Shown here: positions 41,140 to 50,808 of the stretch, piece by piece | How positions within the stretch are numbered: position 1 is the first letter of the stretch | How the letters are laid out: the number at the start of each line of letters is the position of its first letter | NCBI GenBank assembly: GCA_038874595.1 | Contig: JAVZCB010000003.1 | Coordinates: forward strand, 1 to 64,000 | DNA length: 64,000 nt | Source: Candidatus Micrarchaeia archaeon | GTDB taxonomy: Archaea; Micrarchaeota; Micrarchaeia; CAILAH01 | Direction: 5' to 3' | The notes under the pieces: generated by a model | What the model was told of the DNA's origin: nothing | Database searches by the model: none | What the model saw: only the letters and a program-made list of their open reading frames with translations | Made by a program: the position numbers and the translations under genes

Positions 41140-42602
41140 GGAGGATGGTGCAGGTGCAACAAAAACAACACAGAGAAACAAAAACCGCAAAGCATTTTGC
41201 ATTGGTAGTAACCATACTGTTTCTCTTTTTTGTTGATAGTGCATACTCACTTGCACCCAGTGATTTGGATAACCGTGCAAAAGATATGGAAGATATACTG
41301 CAGAAGAGTTCGCTTGCATATATTACAGTAACAATTGCTATCCTCATTGCCGCTCTTATGTATATGGGCTCATCCATATTCAATGATGCAAAGCTTCTTG
41401 CGTACTCAAAAGAGACCTTCTACCAGTCAATAATCACACTCGTTCTTATTGCCTCTTTCCCGGTAATATATGTATTTATCTCACAGCTTTGCATTGAGCT
41501 TTTCCTTGGCGGGATGCCAGTCAACGGTGGCATGTTTGATGTTGCATCTGCATATCTTGCCTGGAATAATGTATACTTCTTCACACATCTCCTGATAATC
41601 ACAATCTTGAACGTAGGCATTGCAAGCCTCATAAACCAGCAGTATTCAGTGCCCATAATGGGTGTTTTTGCCACAGTTAACCTGGTTTCATTTGCTAAAC
41701 CGCTTATGTTTGCAGTCTCGACGGGAGTAACAATCCTATCAACGTCTCTGTTCATAAACTCGTTCCAGATAATGCTTCTTGACCTCATTAAAAACAGCCT
41801 TCTCCCAATATTCCTCCCTTTGGGCGCTTTGCTGCGCGCGTTCCCGCCAACACTTAACGCAGGCAACGTGCTTCTTGCAATAACTATCGGGGCATATATA
41901 ATAGCACCAATAATCTATGCATTTGATATATATCTAATCACACAGATTGTTGACCCCACGCAAGGGCAGAAGAGTTATTCGGACCAGCTTGGGCTTATGA
42001 GGTTCTTTTATACAAAAACGGTCTTTGAAACTATACTAACAAAAAACACCTGCCCATACGTGAAAAAGTTTGTAGGCATATTCACACCTTCAAGCGATTA
42101 CGCCGTGTTTGTAACACCATATGACAAAATTGATAAGAACCTGCAGGATTGCGGTGTTTATACAGGCGTAGGTGGCATATTTAGGGAAACAGCTGATATG
42201 CTGGGGAGGTTACCAACATGGGGAAAGATTGTCCTTGGTGTTGACCTGACGGCCCGTGGTGTTTCTGCAGCGGTTACTGCCACATCTTCCTTAAAATCAG
42301 TCCTGAAGCAAACAACATGGGATAAGCTGTGCAGCGGCAAAGTAATGGGCAAAGTGTGCAAAAGCCTGGGGCTTATAGGATTTGTGAGCTCAACCATCTC
42401 AAGCGCCTCAACAGCAGTCCTTGCGATATCCCTATTTTATTATTCTTTTGATCTTGTAGTGGGCACAGCAGTCTCTTTTGTAATCCTCTCTGCAATAATA
42501 CCCTTCCTAAACTTCACAATTATGGTCATATTTATCCGTGATTTCTCACAGTATGTTCTTGGCACGCCCATAAGCCTTGGGCACCTGGTGAGGCTAATAT
42601 GA
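41136..42602 (+). CDS. CedA/VirB6-like polytopic membrane protein 4
   Basis: ALMYMGS......YSKE; GALLRAFPPTLNAGNVLLA......IAP; LGTPISLGHLVRLI. Confidence 0.65.
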   Translation: MRRMVQVQQKQHRETKTAKHFALVVTILFLFFVDSAYSLAPSDLDNRAKDMEDILQKSSLAYITVTIAILIAALMYMGSSIFNDAKLLAYSKETFYQSIITLVLIASFPVIYVFISQLCIELFLGGMPVNGGMFDVASAYLAWNNVYFFTHLLIITILNVGIASLINQQYSVPIMGVFATVNLVSFAKPLMFAVSTGVTILSTSLFINSFQIMLLDLIKNSLLPIFLPLGALLRAFPPTLNAGNVLLAITIGAYIIAPIIYAFDIYLITQIVDPTQGQKSYSDQLGLMRFFYTKTVFETILTKNTCPYVKKFVGIFTPSSDYAVFVTPYDKIDKNLQDCGVYTGVGGIFRETADMLGRLPTWGKIVLGVDLTARGVSAAVTATSSLKSVLKQTTWDKLCSGKVMGKVCKSLGLIGFVSSTISSASTAVLAISLFYYSFDLVVGTAVSFVILSAIIPFLNFTIMVIFIRDFSQYVLGTPISLGHLVRLI

Positions 42603-44053
42603 TGGAGGCAAACATCATAAAGTTCAATGTTAGAAGTGTAAGGGCCGCAAGTGTAATGCTAATTATCCTTTTTGCCTTTTCAGCTGTGCGTGCACAGCAA
42701 TCCAACGTGTGTGCTTCCGTGTTCAGTGGGGATTGGGTTATCTTCTCGTCGGCAGCAATTGCAATAGGTATTATAGTATACGCATTGATGTATATGATAG
42801 GAAGCATACTTAACAGACAGCAGGTAAAGGGACTTGTGCGTACCGGGCTGGCAGACATTGCAGGGCTTCTGATAGTCATAATGATGGTTGTTGCATTTGG
42901 TAATATTATGTGCACTGCAACCTTTAGCACTATAGGAATTGATACAAGAACGTTTGTGAGTTATGATTATCTTGTATCAAGCGGTGTTGACCCCGCCAAC
43001 ACGCCTCTTCTTGATTTGAGTGAGGCATACCTTACCCTTCTCTATTACCTGGGCGAGAAGCTCTATAAGTCACTTATAATACAGCTTGTATATGCCAGTG
43101 CAATCACATCAACAAAAGTTTCTGCAGGTGCAATGATTGGGGAGCTGCAGCCGCTCTCAGGGTTGGAGCCAATACTTAACATGGGAAATATGTTTTTTGC
43201 ATCCCTTGCCCTGGCCTTGATGAGTGTTTCTACACAGATGTACCTGCTAAAATTCTTTGCACTCACAGGCATCCCAACATTTCTCCCACTAGGCGTCCTG
43301 ATGCGTGCCATCCCTGCAACCCGAACCTTTGGTGCTGCATTGATAGGCCTTGCGATATCCATGTCGTTTTTCTACCCGCTTATACTCTCGTATAATTTCA
43401 TAATACTAGTGACTGCGGTAAAGCCGGATGATGCAATGCTAAACTCATTGCTTTACAACTCGCCATTATGTAATGACCCTCAGGATTGTATCAGCTCATG
43501 CAATTCAGAAGCATATGAAATAGATACAAGCGGAGGAAATATGCGCTATTTCTGTGCTCCGTGCATTCTTGTTGGGACACCCCCAAATAATGACGGCTCG
43601 TTGTGCTGCAAAAAGACCTCTATATATAAGGATGGCCAGTGCGAAATGCAGGATATCGAGCCAGAAAAAATGGGGTCTGGAGGTATTATTGCAAAAGGTG
43701 CCAAGCCGGAGGGATACGGCCTGACCTATTTCATAGGCGCATCTCTAATATTCACTATCGGGACGAAGCTGCTAAATAACGTCCCACTGGTTAGCAAATT
43801 GACAAATGCAATTTCAGGAGCTCTGATTGTGTTAATGCAAACAGGTATGGTGGTTGCGTATAAGTTTGGGCTTGGCATTATAATGAACCCGATTGCAATA
43901 ATGGCTATTCTTCTCGCCTTAAACACAAACTTTTTCTTCCTTGGGTTTATACTACCTATGATTGAGTTTGTTATAGTTATAGAATTTGTAAGAACGCTTA
44001 CAGGGTCTCTCGGCGAGCCCATTGATGTAATACAGCTCTTGAAGGTGATATGA
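42599..44053 (+). CDS. CedA/VirB6-like polytopic membrane protein 5, Cys-rich insert
   Basis: ALMYMIG; GVLMRAIPATRTFGAALIG......FYP; LGEPIDVIQLLKVI. Confidence 0.65.
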   Translation: MMEANIIKFNVRSVRAASVMLIILFAFSAVRAQQSNVCASVFSGDWVIFSSAAIAIGIIVYALMYMIGSILNRQQVKGLVRTGLADIAGLLIVIMMVVAFGNIMCTATFSTIGIDTRTFVSYDYLVSSGVDPANTPLLDLSEAYLTLLYYLGEKLYKSLIIQLVYASAITSTKVSAGAMIGELQPLSGLEPILNMGNMFFASLALALMSVSTQMYLLKFFALTGIPTFLPLGVLMRAIPATRTFGAALIGLAISMSFFYPLILSYNFIILVTAVKPDDAMLNSLLYNSPLCNDPQDCISSCNSEAYEIDTSGGNMRYFCAPCILVGTPPNNDGSLCCKKTSIYKDGQCEMQDIEPEKMGSGGIIAKGAKPEGYGLTYFIGASLIFTIGTKLLNNVPLVSKLTNAISGALIVLMQTGMVVAYKFGLGIIMNPIAIMAILLALNTNFFFLGFILPMIEFVIVIEFVRTLTGSLGEPIDVIQLLKVI

Positions 44054-44087
44054 GTTGTTGGAGCAGTCAACTATGAGGTGATATTGA

Positions 44088-45146
44088 ATGGCTTTCACGT
44101 GCCCGCAGGTTTTAAATCAAACACCAGCCTCTATAAGTGTGCTGCAAGCAGTATTGGCAAATGGTGCATATACAAACGCAGGCATACTGCTGGTTGCTAC
44201 AGCAACACTTTTGGCAATAGTATACATGGCATCAAAATTCATACAATCAAAGAAGGTTGAAAGCTGGGTTTCAAACGAAGCGTTCCAGTGCCTTGCAACC
44301 GCAGGCATATTATATTTTAGTGTGGGGATAATGCTGGCTGCAAGCCAGGTTATTGGTGTATTTCTTGTACAGCTTGCAGATTTAAACAACCTACAAGATG
44401 TTGCAATCATTATGTGCAATGCAAATGAGCCGCATATGTTTGGTGCAAAGGCATATCTTCTTACACGTCTGGACCGATTAAATTCTATATACGATTGGAT
44501 GTTCTACACCTATGCAGGCGCTGGTGCAGTAGGTGGGATAGGCGCATTTTTCCCGCAGCAAGGTACTATAAGTTTCATGCTTGGCCTGCCTATGAGAATA
44601 ATTGAAAATATAGAATCACTAATCCAATATATCTATTATGGATTCCTGTTTGTATATATCCAATTAGGATTGCTTGAATTAATCCAGGTGTATTTCGCGT
44701 ATGCGTTTGCAGCGGGTGTGGCGCTGCGTGCTGTGCCATTTACGCATTCACTGGGCTCATTCCTTATCGCCTCTGCAATCGGTCTCTACTTTGTTTATCC
44801 GGTATTTCTTACTATAATGCTACTTGCAAACCAGGATACTGCACTTAACGTTACGCAAAATGAGTTTGCAGCAATTGCAAAATCAGAATTCCCTGGAGTG
44901 TATCTCTCATATTATATAAGCAAGCAGCTCGCACACCAAGCGTACTTTTCAGGAAACCCAGAGAGCATTACAGGCTTCACAACTGCATATGAAACGCTAA
45001 AATCCCCTGTCCAGTTCCTTCTTCTTTCGATGATACTTTACCCGCTTGTTGCATTTGTGGCTACATATACATTCATCCACCAGTTTGCGGAATTAATGGA
45101 AGCTAACATATCTGATTTGGGAAGAGGGCTCGTCAGGCTTATTTAA
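44088..45146 (+). CDS. CedA/VirB6-like polytopic membrane protein 6
   Basis: AIVYMAS......WVSNE; GVALRAVPFTHSLGSFLIA......VYP; GRGLVRLI. Confidence 0.65.
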   Translation: MAFTCPQVLNQTPASISVLQAVLANGAYTNAGILLVATATLLAIVYMASKFIQSKKVESWVSNEAFQCLATAGILYFSVGIMLAASQVIGVFLVQLADLNNLQDVAIIMCNANEPHMFGAKAYLLTRLDRLNSIYDWMFYTYAGAGAVGGIGAFFPQQGTISFMLGLPMRIIENIESLIQYIYYGFLFVYIQLGLLELIQVYFAYAFAAGVALRAVPFTHSLGSFLIASAIGLYFVYPVFLTIMLLANQDTALNVTQNEFAAIAKSEFPGVYLSYYISKQLAHQAYFSGNPESITGFTTAYETLKSPVQFLLLSMILYPLVAFVATYTFIHQFAELMEANISDLGRGLVRLI

Positions 45147-45562
45147 AGGTTATATCCAATTACTTGTTTTTATATATAAACTCTTCGTTTTGTGCCTTTC
45201 AGCAGAACTTAATTTTTTGTACGCTAATAGCTGATTTTAATCTTTTTTTTCGCTTTTTAATGCTCCTATAATTATTTTTACAGCATTTTTACTTATTTAA
45301 CTTACGATATATCTCATAGCGTTTTTTAAATGCTCATTTTTGCTTATTTCGTTAATTTTAATCAATTTTTATTGAGAATTTTTCCCAAAAAATTGAATTC
45401 ACACCTATTTATTGTTAACCATAATCGCCCGATTAAAACTATCAGTCTTATTTCTTTTCTTTATAAGTTTTTCGTTAATTTAATTTATGATTTTGCATAA
45501 TTAAGCACTTTAATTATTTTTCTCTTGCACGAATTTCATATTTAAGCTTATGCTCCTATAAT
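45147..45562. promoter_or_regulatory. Long T-rich intergenic region upstream of the ftsZ pair
   Basis: About 415 bp without an ORF, strongly AT-rich; ATGCTCCTATAAT at 45260-45272 and 45550-45562. Confidence 0.5.
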
Positions 45563-45589
45563 ATGACAAACTATTTTAAGAGGGAGAAA

Positions 45590-46666
45590 ATGGAAAGCAT
45601 AATAAGATCTGCCTTGGGCAACCGCGAAAGCGAGACCGCAGCAACGAGTGCGAGCGATGCAATGGACAATGAGTCCATTAAAATCGCCGTTATCGGTGTG
45701 GGCGGTGGTGGAAACAACACACTTAACAGGCTGCTTGCAGCAGGTGTTAAGGGTGCAGAGCTGATTGCTGTTAACACAGACAAGCAGCACCTGAATGTGA
45801 TAGACCCCCGCGCAAAGAAGATTCTCATCGGGAAGAGCATAACGAGAGGTCTTGGTGCAGGCGGTTATCCAGAGGTTGGTGCAAAGGCCGCAGAGGTTGA
45901 GAGGCCAACCCTTGAGAGGGAGCTTGCTAACACACACCTTGTATTCATTTGTGCAGGTATGGGTGGTGGAACCGGTACTGGCGCAGCACCGGTAATTGCA
46001 GAGATTGCTAAGAACCAGGGTGCAATCACAGTTGCAATGGTCACATACCCATTTGCACTTGAGAGGTCAAGGAGAATGAAAGCTGATGAGGGTATTGCAA
46101 AGCTCAGGAAGGTTACAGATTCAGTGATTATCCTTGACAACAACAGGCTCGTCGAGCTCGTTCCAAACCTCCCAATTAACGATGCGTTCGCAGTTGCAGA
46201 TGAAATCCTTGCAAAGGCAATTAGCGGTCTTGTATGGACAATTACTCAGCCATCCCTGATTAACATCGACTTTGCGGATGTCCGTGCAATTATGGCTGAC
46301 GGTGGCGTTGGCTTCATTGCAGTCGGTGAAGGAAAAGGCCCGGACCGTGTCCGCGGTGCAGCTGAGTCCGTACTTAAGAACAGGCTGCTTGATGTCGACT
46401 TTGCAGGTGCAAAGGGTGCACTCATCCACATTTCAGGTGGGCGTGACCTGACACTTGGTGATGCAATCAAGGCAGGTGAGTTCATCTCTGAGAAGATGGA
46501 TGACGAGGCAAATGTGAAGTGGGGTGCAAGGCTGTTGCCAAATTACGATGGCAAGCTTGAGATAGTTGCAATTGTTACTGGTGTAACTGGTGCAAGCATA
46601 ATGGGCAAGTTTGGCAACTACGAAGAAGAGAAAGGTGCAGTCACTGACATAGAAGTTATCGGCTAA
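45590..46666 (+). CDS. ftsZ: Cell division protein FtsZ (FtsZ2-like N-terminus)
   Basis: GVGGGG.N, NTD, GLGAGG.PE, GMGGGTGTG, INIDFADV. Confidence 0.96.
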   Translation: MESIIRSALGNRESETAATSASDAMDNESIKIAVIGVGGGGNNTLNRLLAAGVKGAELIAVNTDKQHLNVIDPRAKKILIGKSITRGLGAGGYPEVGAKAAEVERPTLERELANTHLVFICAGMGGGTGTGAAPVIAEIAKNQGAITVAMVTYPFALERSRRMKADEGIAKLRKVTDSVIILDNNRLVELVPNLPINDAFAVADEILAKAISGLVWTITQPSLINIDFADVRAIMADGGVGFIAVGEGKGPDRVRGAAESVLKNRLLDVDFAGAKGALIHISGGRDLTLGDAIKAGEFISEKMDDEANVKWGARLLPNYDGKLEIVAIVTGVTGASIMGKFGNYEEEKGAVTDIEVIG

Positions 46667-46679
46667 GAGCGGTGGTAGA

Positions 46680-47723
46680 GTGGACGACTCCGAACACGTA
46701 ATAGGGGAAAAGATTACCGTAATTGGGCTCGGTGGTGCAGGATGCAACACCGTGTCCCGCATTACGGACCTTGGAATCAAGAGCGCCGAGACTATCGCGA
46801 TGAATTCTGACAAGCTACACCTGGGCATTACCCGTGCACATAAGAAGCACGTGCTCGGGTATTCGCTCACCCGCGGTCTTGGGTGCGGTGGCTTCCCGGA
46901 GCTTGGGGCGCGCGCAGCTGAGGCAGATAAAGCGATAATCCAGGACATGCTCAAAGATTCAGAATTAGTGTTCGTGTGTGCAGGCATGGGTGGCGGGACA
47001 GGTGGTGGTGCCGCACCCGTTGTCTCGAAAATAGCGAAGGAGCAGGGAGCCACAGTTGTTGCGATGGTAACCTTCCCCTTTGCGCTTGAGCGTGCCCGCT
47101 TGAAGAAAGCCATTGCAGGTATACAGCAACTCAGGCAGAACGCCGACACAGTAGTGCTAATAGACAACAACAAACTTGCATCCTACGTACCCAACCTTCC
47201 TCTTGACAAGGCATTCTCACTTGCTGATGAGATTGTAGCAAACGCTGTGATGGGTATCTCCGACACAATTAAGCTACCAAGCCTTCTCAATGTTGACTTT
47301 GCTGATGTCAAGAACCTTATGACCAATAAGGGCTTGGCAATGATTTCCGTCGGTGAGGGTAAGGGGGCCGACCGTGTGCAGGGTGCAATCGATAGCACTT
47401 TGGCCAACCCGCTGCTAGATGTTGAAGTAGCGGGTGCGAACGGTGCACTCATTCACATAGCGGGCGGTAAGTCCCTTACGCTCGGCGACGCGGTGAAAAT
47501 CGGAGAAGGCATAAGCGCAACGCTTGCTGAGACTGCAGATGTCAAGATGGGTGCGCGCGTGGTTGACAGCCTCGGCGACACATATCTTGTCACATCTATC
47601 GTAACCGGTGTTAAGAGCAGGATCCTTGACTATAATTTCACACCCACAATGCAGTACTCAGACAAGGAGAAGCAGGAGATGGCAGAGCGCGAGGCACAGC
47701 TTATCAGCTTAGAATCGCTCTAA
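46680..47723 (+). CDS. ftsZ: Second, divergent FtsZ paralog
   Basis: GLGGAG.N, GLGCGG.PE, GMGGGTGGG, LNVDFADV. Confidence 0.93.
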   Translation: MDDSEHVIGEKITVIGLGGAGCNTVSRITDLGIKSAETIAMNSDKLHLGITRAHKKHVLGYSLTRGLGCGGFPELGARAAEADKAIIQDMLKDSELVFVCAGMGGGTGGGAAPVVSKIAKEQGATVVAMVTFPFALERARLKKAIAGIQQLRQNADTVVLIDNNKLASYVPNLPLDKAFSLADEIVANAVMGISDTIKLPSLLNVDFADVKNLMTNKGLAMISVGEGKGADRVQGAIDSTLANPLLDVEVAGANGALIHIAGGKSLTLGDAVKIGEGISATLAETADVKMGARVVDSLGDTYLVTSIVTGVKSRILDYNFTPTMQYSDKEKQEMAEREAQLISLESL

Positions 47724-47768
47724 GCAGTTTTTTATTTACTTTTAAGCTTTCTCTCTTTTTATTAACAT

Positions 47769-49556
47769 ATGTCTCTTCAGCACAACAAAGGAGAGGGCCA
47801 ATCAAAAGTTAGTAGTGATATATCCAAAGCTGTTCGCCTTACAAGCCTACTAATAAAGCTGCCCGGCGCCACCTCACAGCTTCTCCTCCTGGTTGCATTC
47901 TCAATTATATTTGCAGCAATCCTCTCGTATATAGAGAGCACAAACGTATTCCAGGCTTTTCTCACATCTTTCTTAATAATTGCAGTGCCTGCAGCATTAT
48001 CCGCACTTATCTTCCGCATACTGCGCGGTGTTCTCCTGAAACGCTCGCTGTTCCTGATGCTTATTGTATCACTACTTTATATGCTCATTTACATCGCGTA
48101 TTTTACAACCTATAACATTAATATTTTAGTGCTTGGATTCTCAGCAATTGCACTAATAATATTCTTATGCTCTTATTACATATTCAGGCTCCGTTATTCC
48201 GCAGTTTTACTCTCCATAACCCAGCTGTTCTTCTTCTCAGTGATGCTTTACTACACAGAATATATTACAACCTCACCTGACAGTTTGCTCCTCAAGCTTG
48301 CAATTACCTCAGCAATCTTTGCAGTGTTCGCCTATATCTTGATTTATTTCATTAATGCACCAATAAAAAAGGCATTCTCAGTCTCAGGCACAAAGGCATT
48401 CTCAATGTTCATGTCACAGTGGCTTTATGAATCCAAAGACCTGGATGCGGAGTTTGACCGGATAGGTGTATATGCTGACACGTATATTGACACCCTTCTC
48501 ATAAAGAATGCTACAGGTACTTGCCTGGTAACCTCACCCCAAGTCCATTTTGGGCCGTTTGGAAATCTTGGCGGAAGTGATTTTCCTGCACTCATCTCCA
48601 GGGAGATGGAAAAAGAAGTAGACTGCTCAATAGTAATGCACGGTGCGTGCACTCACGATTATAATCCAGCAACAACCGAGCAGCTCACAAACATTGTAGG
48701 ACCACTTACATCATTTGTGCACAAGTCAGTGAAACAACTAAAACCAGCAAGATTTTCGTTTCTAAGGACAAAATTTCAGAGCGCTACCGCATCACATCTA
48801 ATTCTTAATGACACGGTGCTCTCATCATTCAGCAGGCACCCTCTCACAACAGAGGATATGGATTACGGCCTGGGCTTGCTCTTGCGCGAGATTGGTGCCA
48901 AGGATTTCAGCACCGTGCTGATCGCAGATGAGCATAACGCTGAGACAGGCGAGATTACACAATTCCTTCTTGGATCCCCTGAAGCTTCCGAATATATAGG
49001 TGCAATGCGTGCTCTGCATAACTCGCTCAAGAATGTAAAAGGCGAGCGTGCAAAGTTTGCGTTTGTGAAGTTCAACAGGCCTGAGTATAAGGAGCATGGC
49101 ATAAGTGGCAACGGCATATCTATGTTTTGTTTTGTCTCAAAGTCTAACTCTGTTGTGTACGTAGTGTTTGACTCTAACGGTGTAACGGTAGATGTAAAAT
49201 CACGGCTTGAGAAAACACTCAAGAGATATTTCAAGAACGCAGTAATAATGAGCACAGATACGCATTTCCTCAATAAAGTTAGTGGTGTTATCAATCCAAT
49301 GGGGGCTTCACCAGGTAATACAATAACCCTCTTGGAACGCGATATTACAGAAAATGCAGAGCGCCTACTTGCAGAAGCGTCGCCTTTTGCTTTTGCATCC
49401 GCTACACTACCAGTACGTATAAAGATATTTGGGCCCCAGCAATCCCTCAAGCTGATTGGAACAGTAAACGCAATCATCTCTGTCACAAAAATAGTATTGC
49501 CACTCATACTTATCTTAGGCACGCTCTTTGCACTGTGGGCACTCTCTCTTATATAA
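47769..49556 (+). CDS. DUF2070 family membrane protein
   Basis: N-terminal TM bundle; VHFGPFG..GGS, HG..THD.N, D.HN, D.N and TDTH motifs. Confidence 0.8.
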   Translation: MSLQHNKGEGQSKVSSDISKAVRLTSLLIKLPGATSQLLLLVAFSIIFAAILSYIESTNVFQAFLTSFLIIAVPAALSALIFRILRGVLLKRSLFLMLIVSLLYMLIYIAYFTTYNINILVLGFSAIALIIFLCSYYIFRLRYSAVLLSITQLFFFSVMLYYTEYITTSPDSLLLKLAITSAIFAVFAYILIYFINAPIKKAFSVSGTKAFSMFMSQWLYESKDLDAEFDRIGVYADTYIDTLLIKNATGTCLVTSPQVHFGPFGNLGGSDFPALISREMEKEVDCSIVMHGACTHDYNPATTEQLTNIVGPLTSFVHKSVKQLKPARFSFLRTKFQSATASHLILNDTVLSSFSRHPLTTEDMDYGLGLLLREIGAKDFSTVLIADEHNAETGEITQFLLGSPEASEYIGAMRALHNSLKNVKGERAKFAFVKFNRPEYKEHGISGNGISMFCFVSKSNSVVYVVFDSNGVTVDVKSRLEKTLKRYFKNAVIMSTDTHFLNKVSGVINPMGASPGNTITLLERDITENAERLLAEASPFAFASATLPVRIKIFGPQQSLKLIGTVNAIISVTKIVLPLILILGTLFALWALSLI

Positions 49557-49581
49557 GATAAATAAATCAAATAAAATTAGA

Positions 49582-50265
49582 TTATTCCTCTTTCTTTTTC
49601 TTACTTGTTTTTTTCAGTTCTTCTTTCTTTTCAGCAGCAGCCTTACTCTCAATTTTCTCTGCGATCTCTTCACTGCTCTCCTCACTTTCAACCTCTTCTT
49701 CAAACATCTTCTTTGCTTTCGCTGCACCTTCCTTATCACCACGCAATGTTAGTACAGTAACTGCAAGGAGTTTGTAAACAAGGTTGAGTGATTTCTTACC
49801 TTTATTATTGCACGGGATAACCAAATCAATATATCTTGCTGAGTTATCAGTATCAACCAAACCGATTGTGGGGATACCTCTGTATGCAGCCTCCTTAAGC
49901 GCCTGAATCTCAGTTCTTGGGTCAGACACTATAAGCAGGTCCGGCTCAATGAAATGTTTGCTTTTAGGATTGGTAAGTGTTCCAGGCTGGAACCTGCCCT
50001 GGACAAATTTACATCCAACCACATCACAGAATTTCTTTGCCGCATCGATCGCATAAAGCCTGGATGCAACCACGAGCACCTTATCAGGATCATACCTAGC
50101 AATAAGCTCAGCAGCCGCCTGGATTCTCTCATCTATCCCCTCAAGGTTCATAACAAACAGCTTGTCTGGCCTGATTCTGTATATGAACATGCTCATATAC
50201 GGCGTCTTAAGCCGGGTACCGATATGTATACCGGATTCCATATACTCTTCTTGTGTTGTCAGCAT
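49582..50265 (-). CDS. rps2: 30S ribosomal protein uS2
   Basis: GIHIGT, GRF.PGTLTN, IPCNNKG. Confidence 0.96.
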   Translation of the reverse strand: MLTTQEEYMESGIHIGTRLKTPYMSMFIYRIRPDKLFVMNLEGIDERIQAAAELIARYDPDKVLVVASRLYAIDAAKKFCDVVGCKFVQGRFQPGTLTNPKSKHFIEPDLLIVSDPRTEIQALKEAAYRGIPTIGLVDTDNSARYIDLVIPCNNKGKKSLNLVYKLLAVTVLTLRGDKEGAAKAKKMFEEEVESEESSEEIAEKIESKAAAEKKEELKKTSKKKKEE

Positions 50266-50299
50266 TTTTACACCTCATTTGAATATCATTTTCTTATGA

Positions 50300-50373
50300 T
50301 GGGGCTGCCCAGATTTGAACTGGGATCACCGCCACCCCAAGGCGATAGCATAGCCAGGTTAGCCCACAGCCCC
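50300..50373 (-). tRNA. tRNA-Pro(GGG)
   Basis: Cloverleaf; anticodon arm TCGCC-TTGGGGT-GGCGG. Confidence 0.95.
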
Positions 50374-50524
50374 TTACGGGCGTATTCGCCCTCTATCACC
50401 CCAGGTAGTTTTTGAGCAAGCTCAAAAACGTGAGAATGATGGGCGCATCCGCCGCACTTACCCACAGTTTCGCTTGCATCCCTTATATATTACGTTGGCA
50501 GTGCAGATTCGTCCCGAGCTCAGC

Positions 50525-50722
50525 TCAGAACCTTGAGAACCTCACGATGTCCTTCACGTTATCAACGTGGCCAAGGAACATCCTGCGGCAGCAGTACCTG
50601 TCGATACCGAGCGCATCCAGCACTTCTTTTGGGCTCTCACCGTTTGCAGTCCTTTTCTTATACTCCTCATACTTATCTGCAACGACTGCACCACACGTAA
50701 AGCATCTCATCGGGAACATCAT
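50525..50722 (-). CDS. rpoN: RNA polymerase subunit Rpo10 (N)
   Basis: P.RCFTCG and RYCCRRM. Confidence 0.97.
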   Translation of the reverse strand: MMFPMRCFTCGAVVADKYEEYKKRTANGESPKEVLDALGIDRYCCRRMFLGHVDNVKDIVRFSRF

Positions 50723-50808
50723 ATTCGAAAACCTCCTGCGGGTTTTCGACCCTCTCCAGCATTCTCACTGGTTAGGGTCAACCCACCTACATTTTTTCAT
50801 AACCTCCT

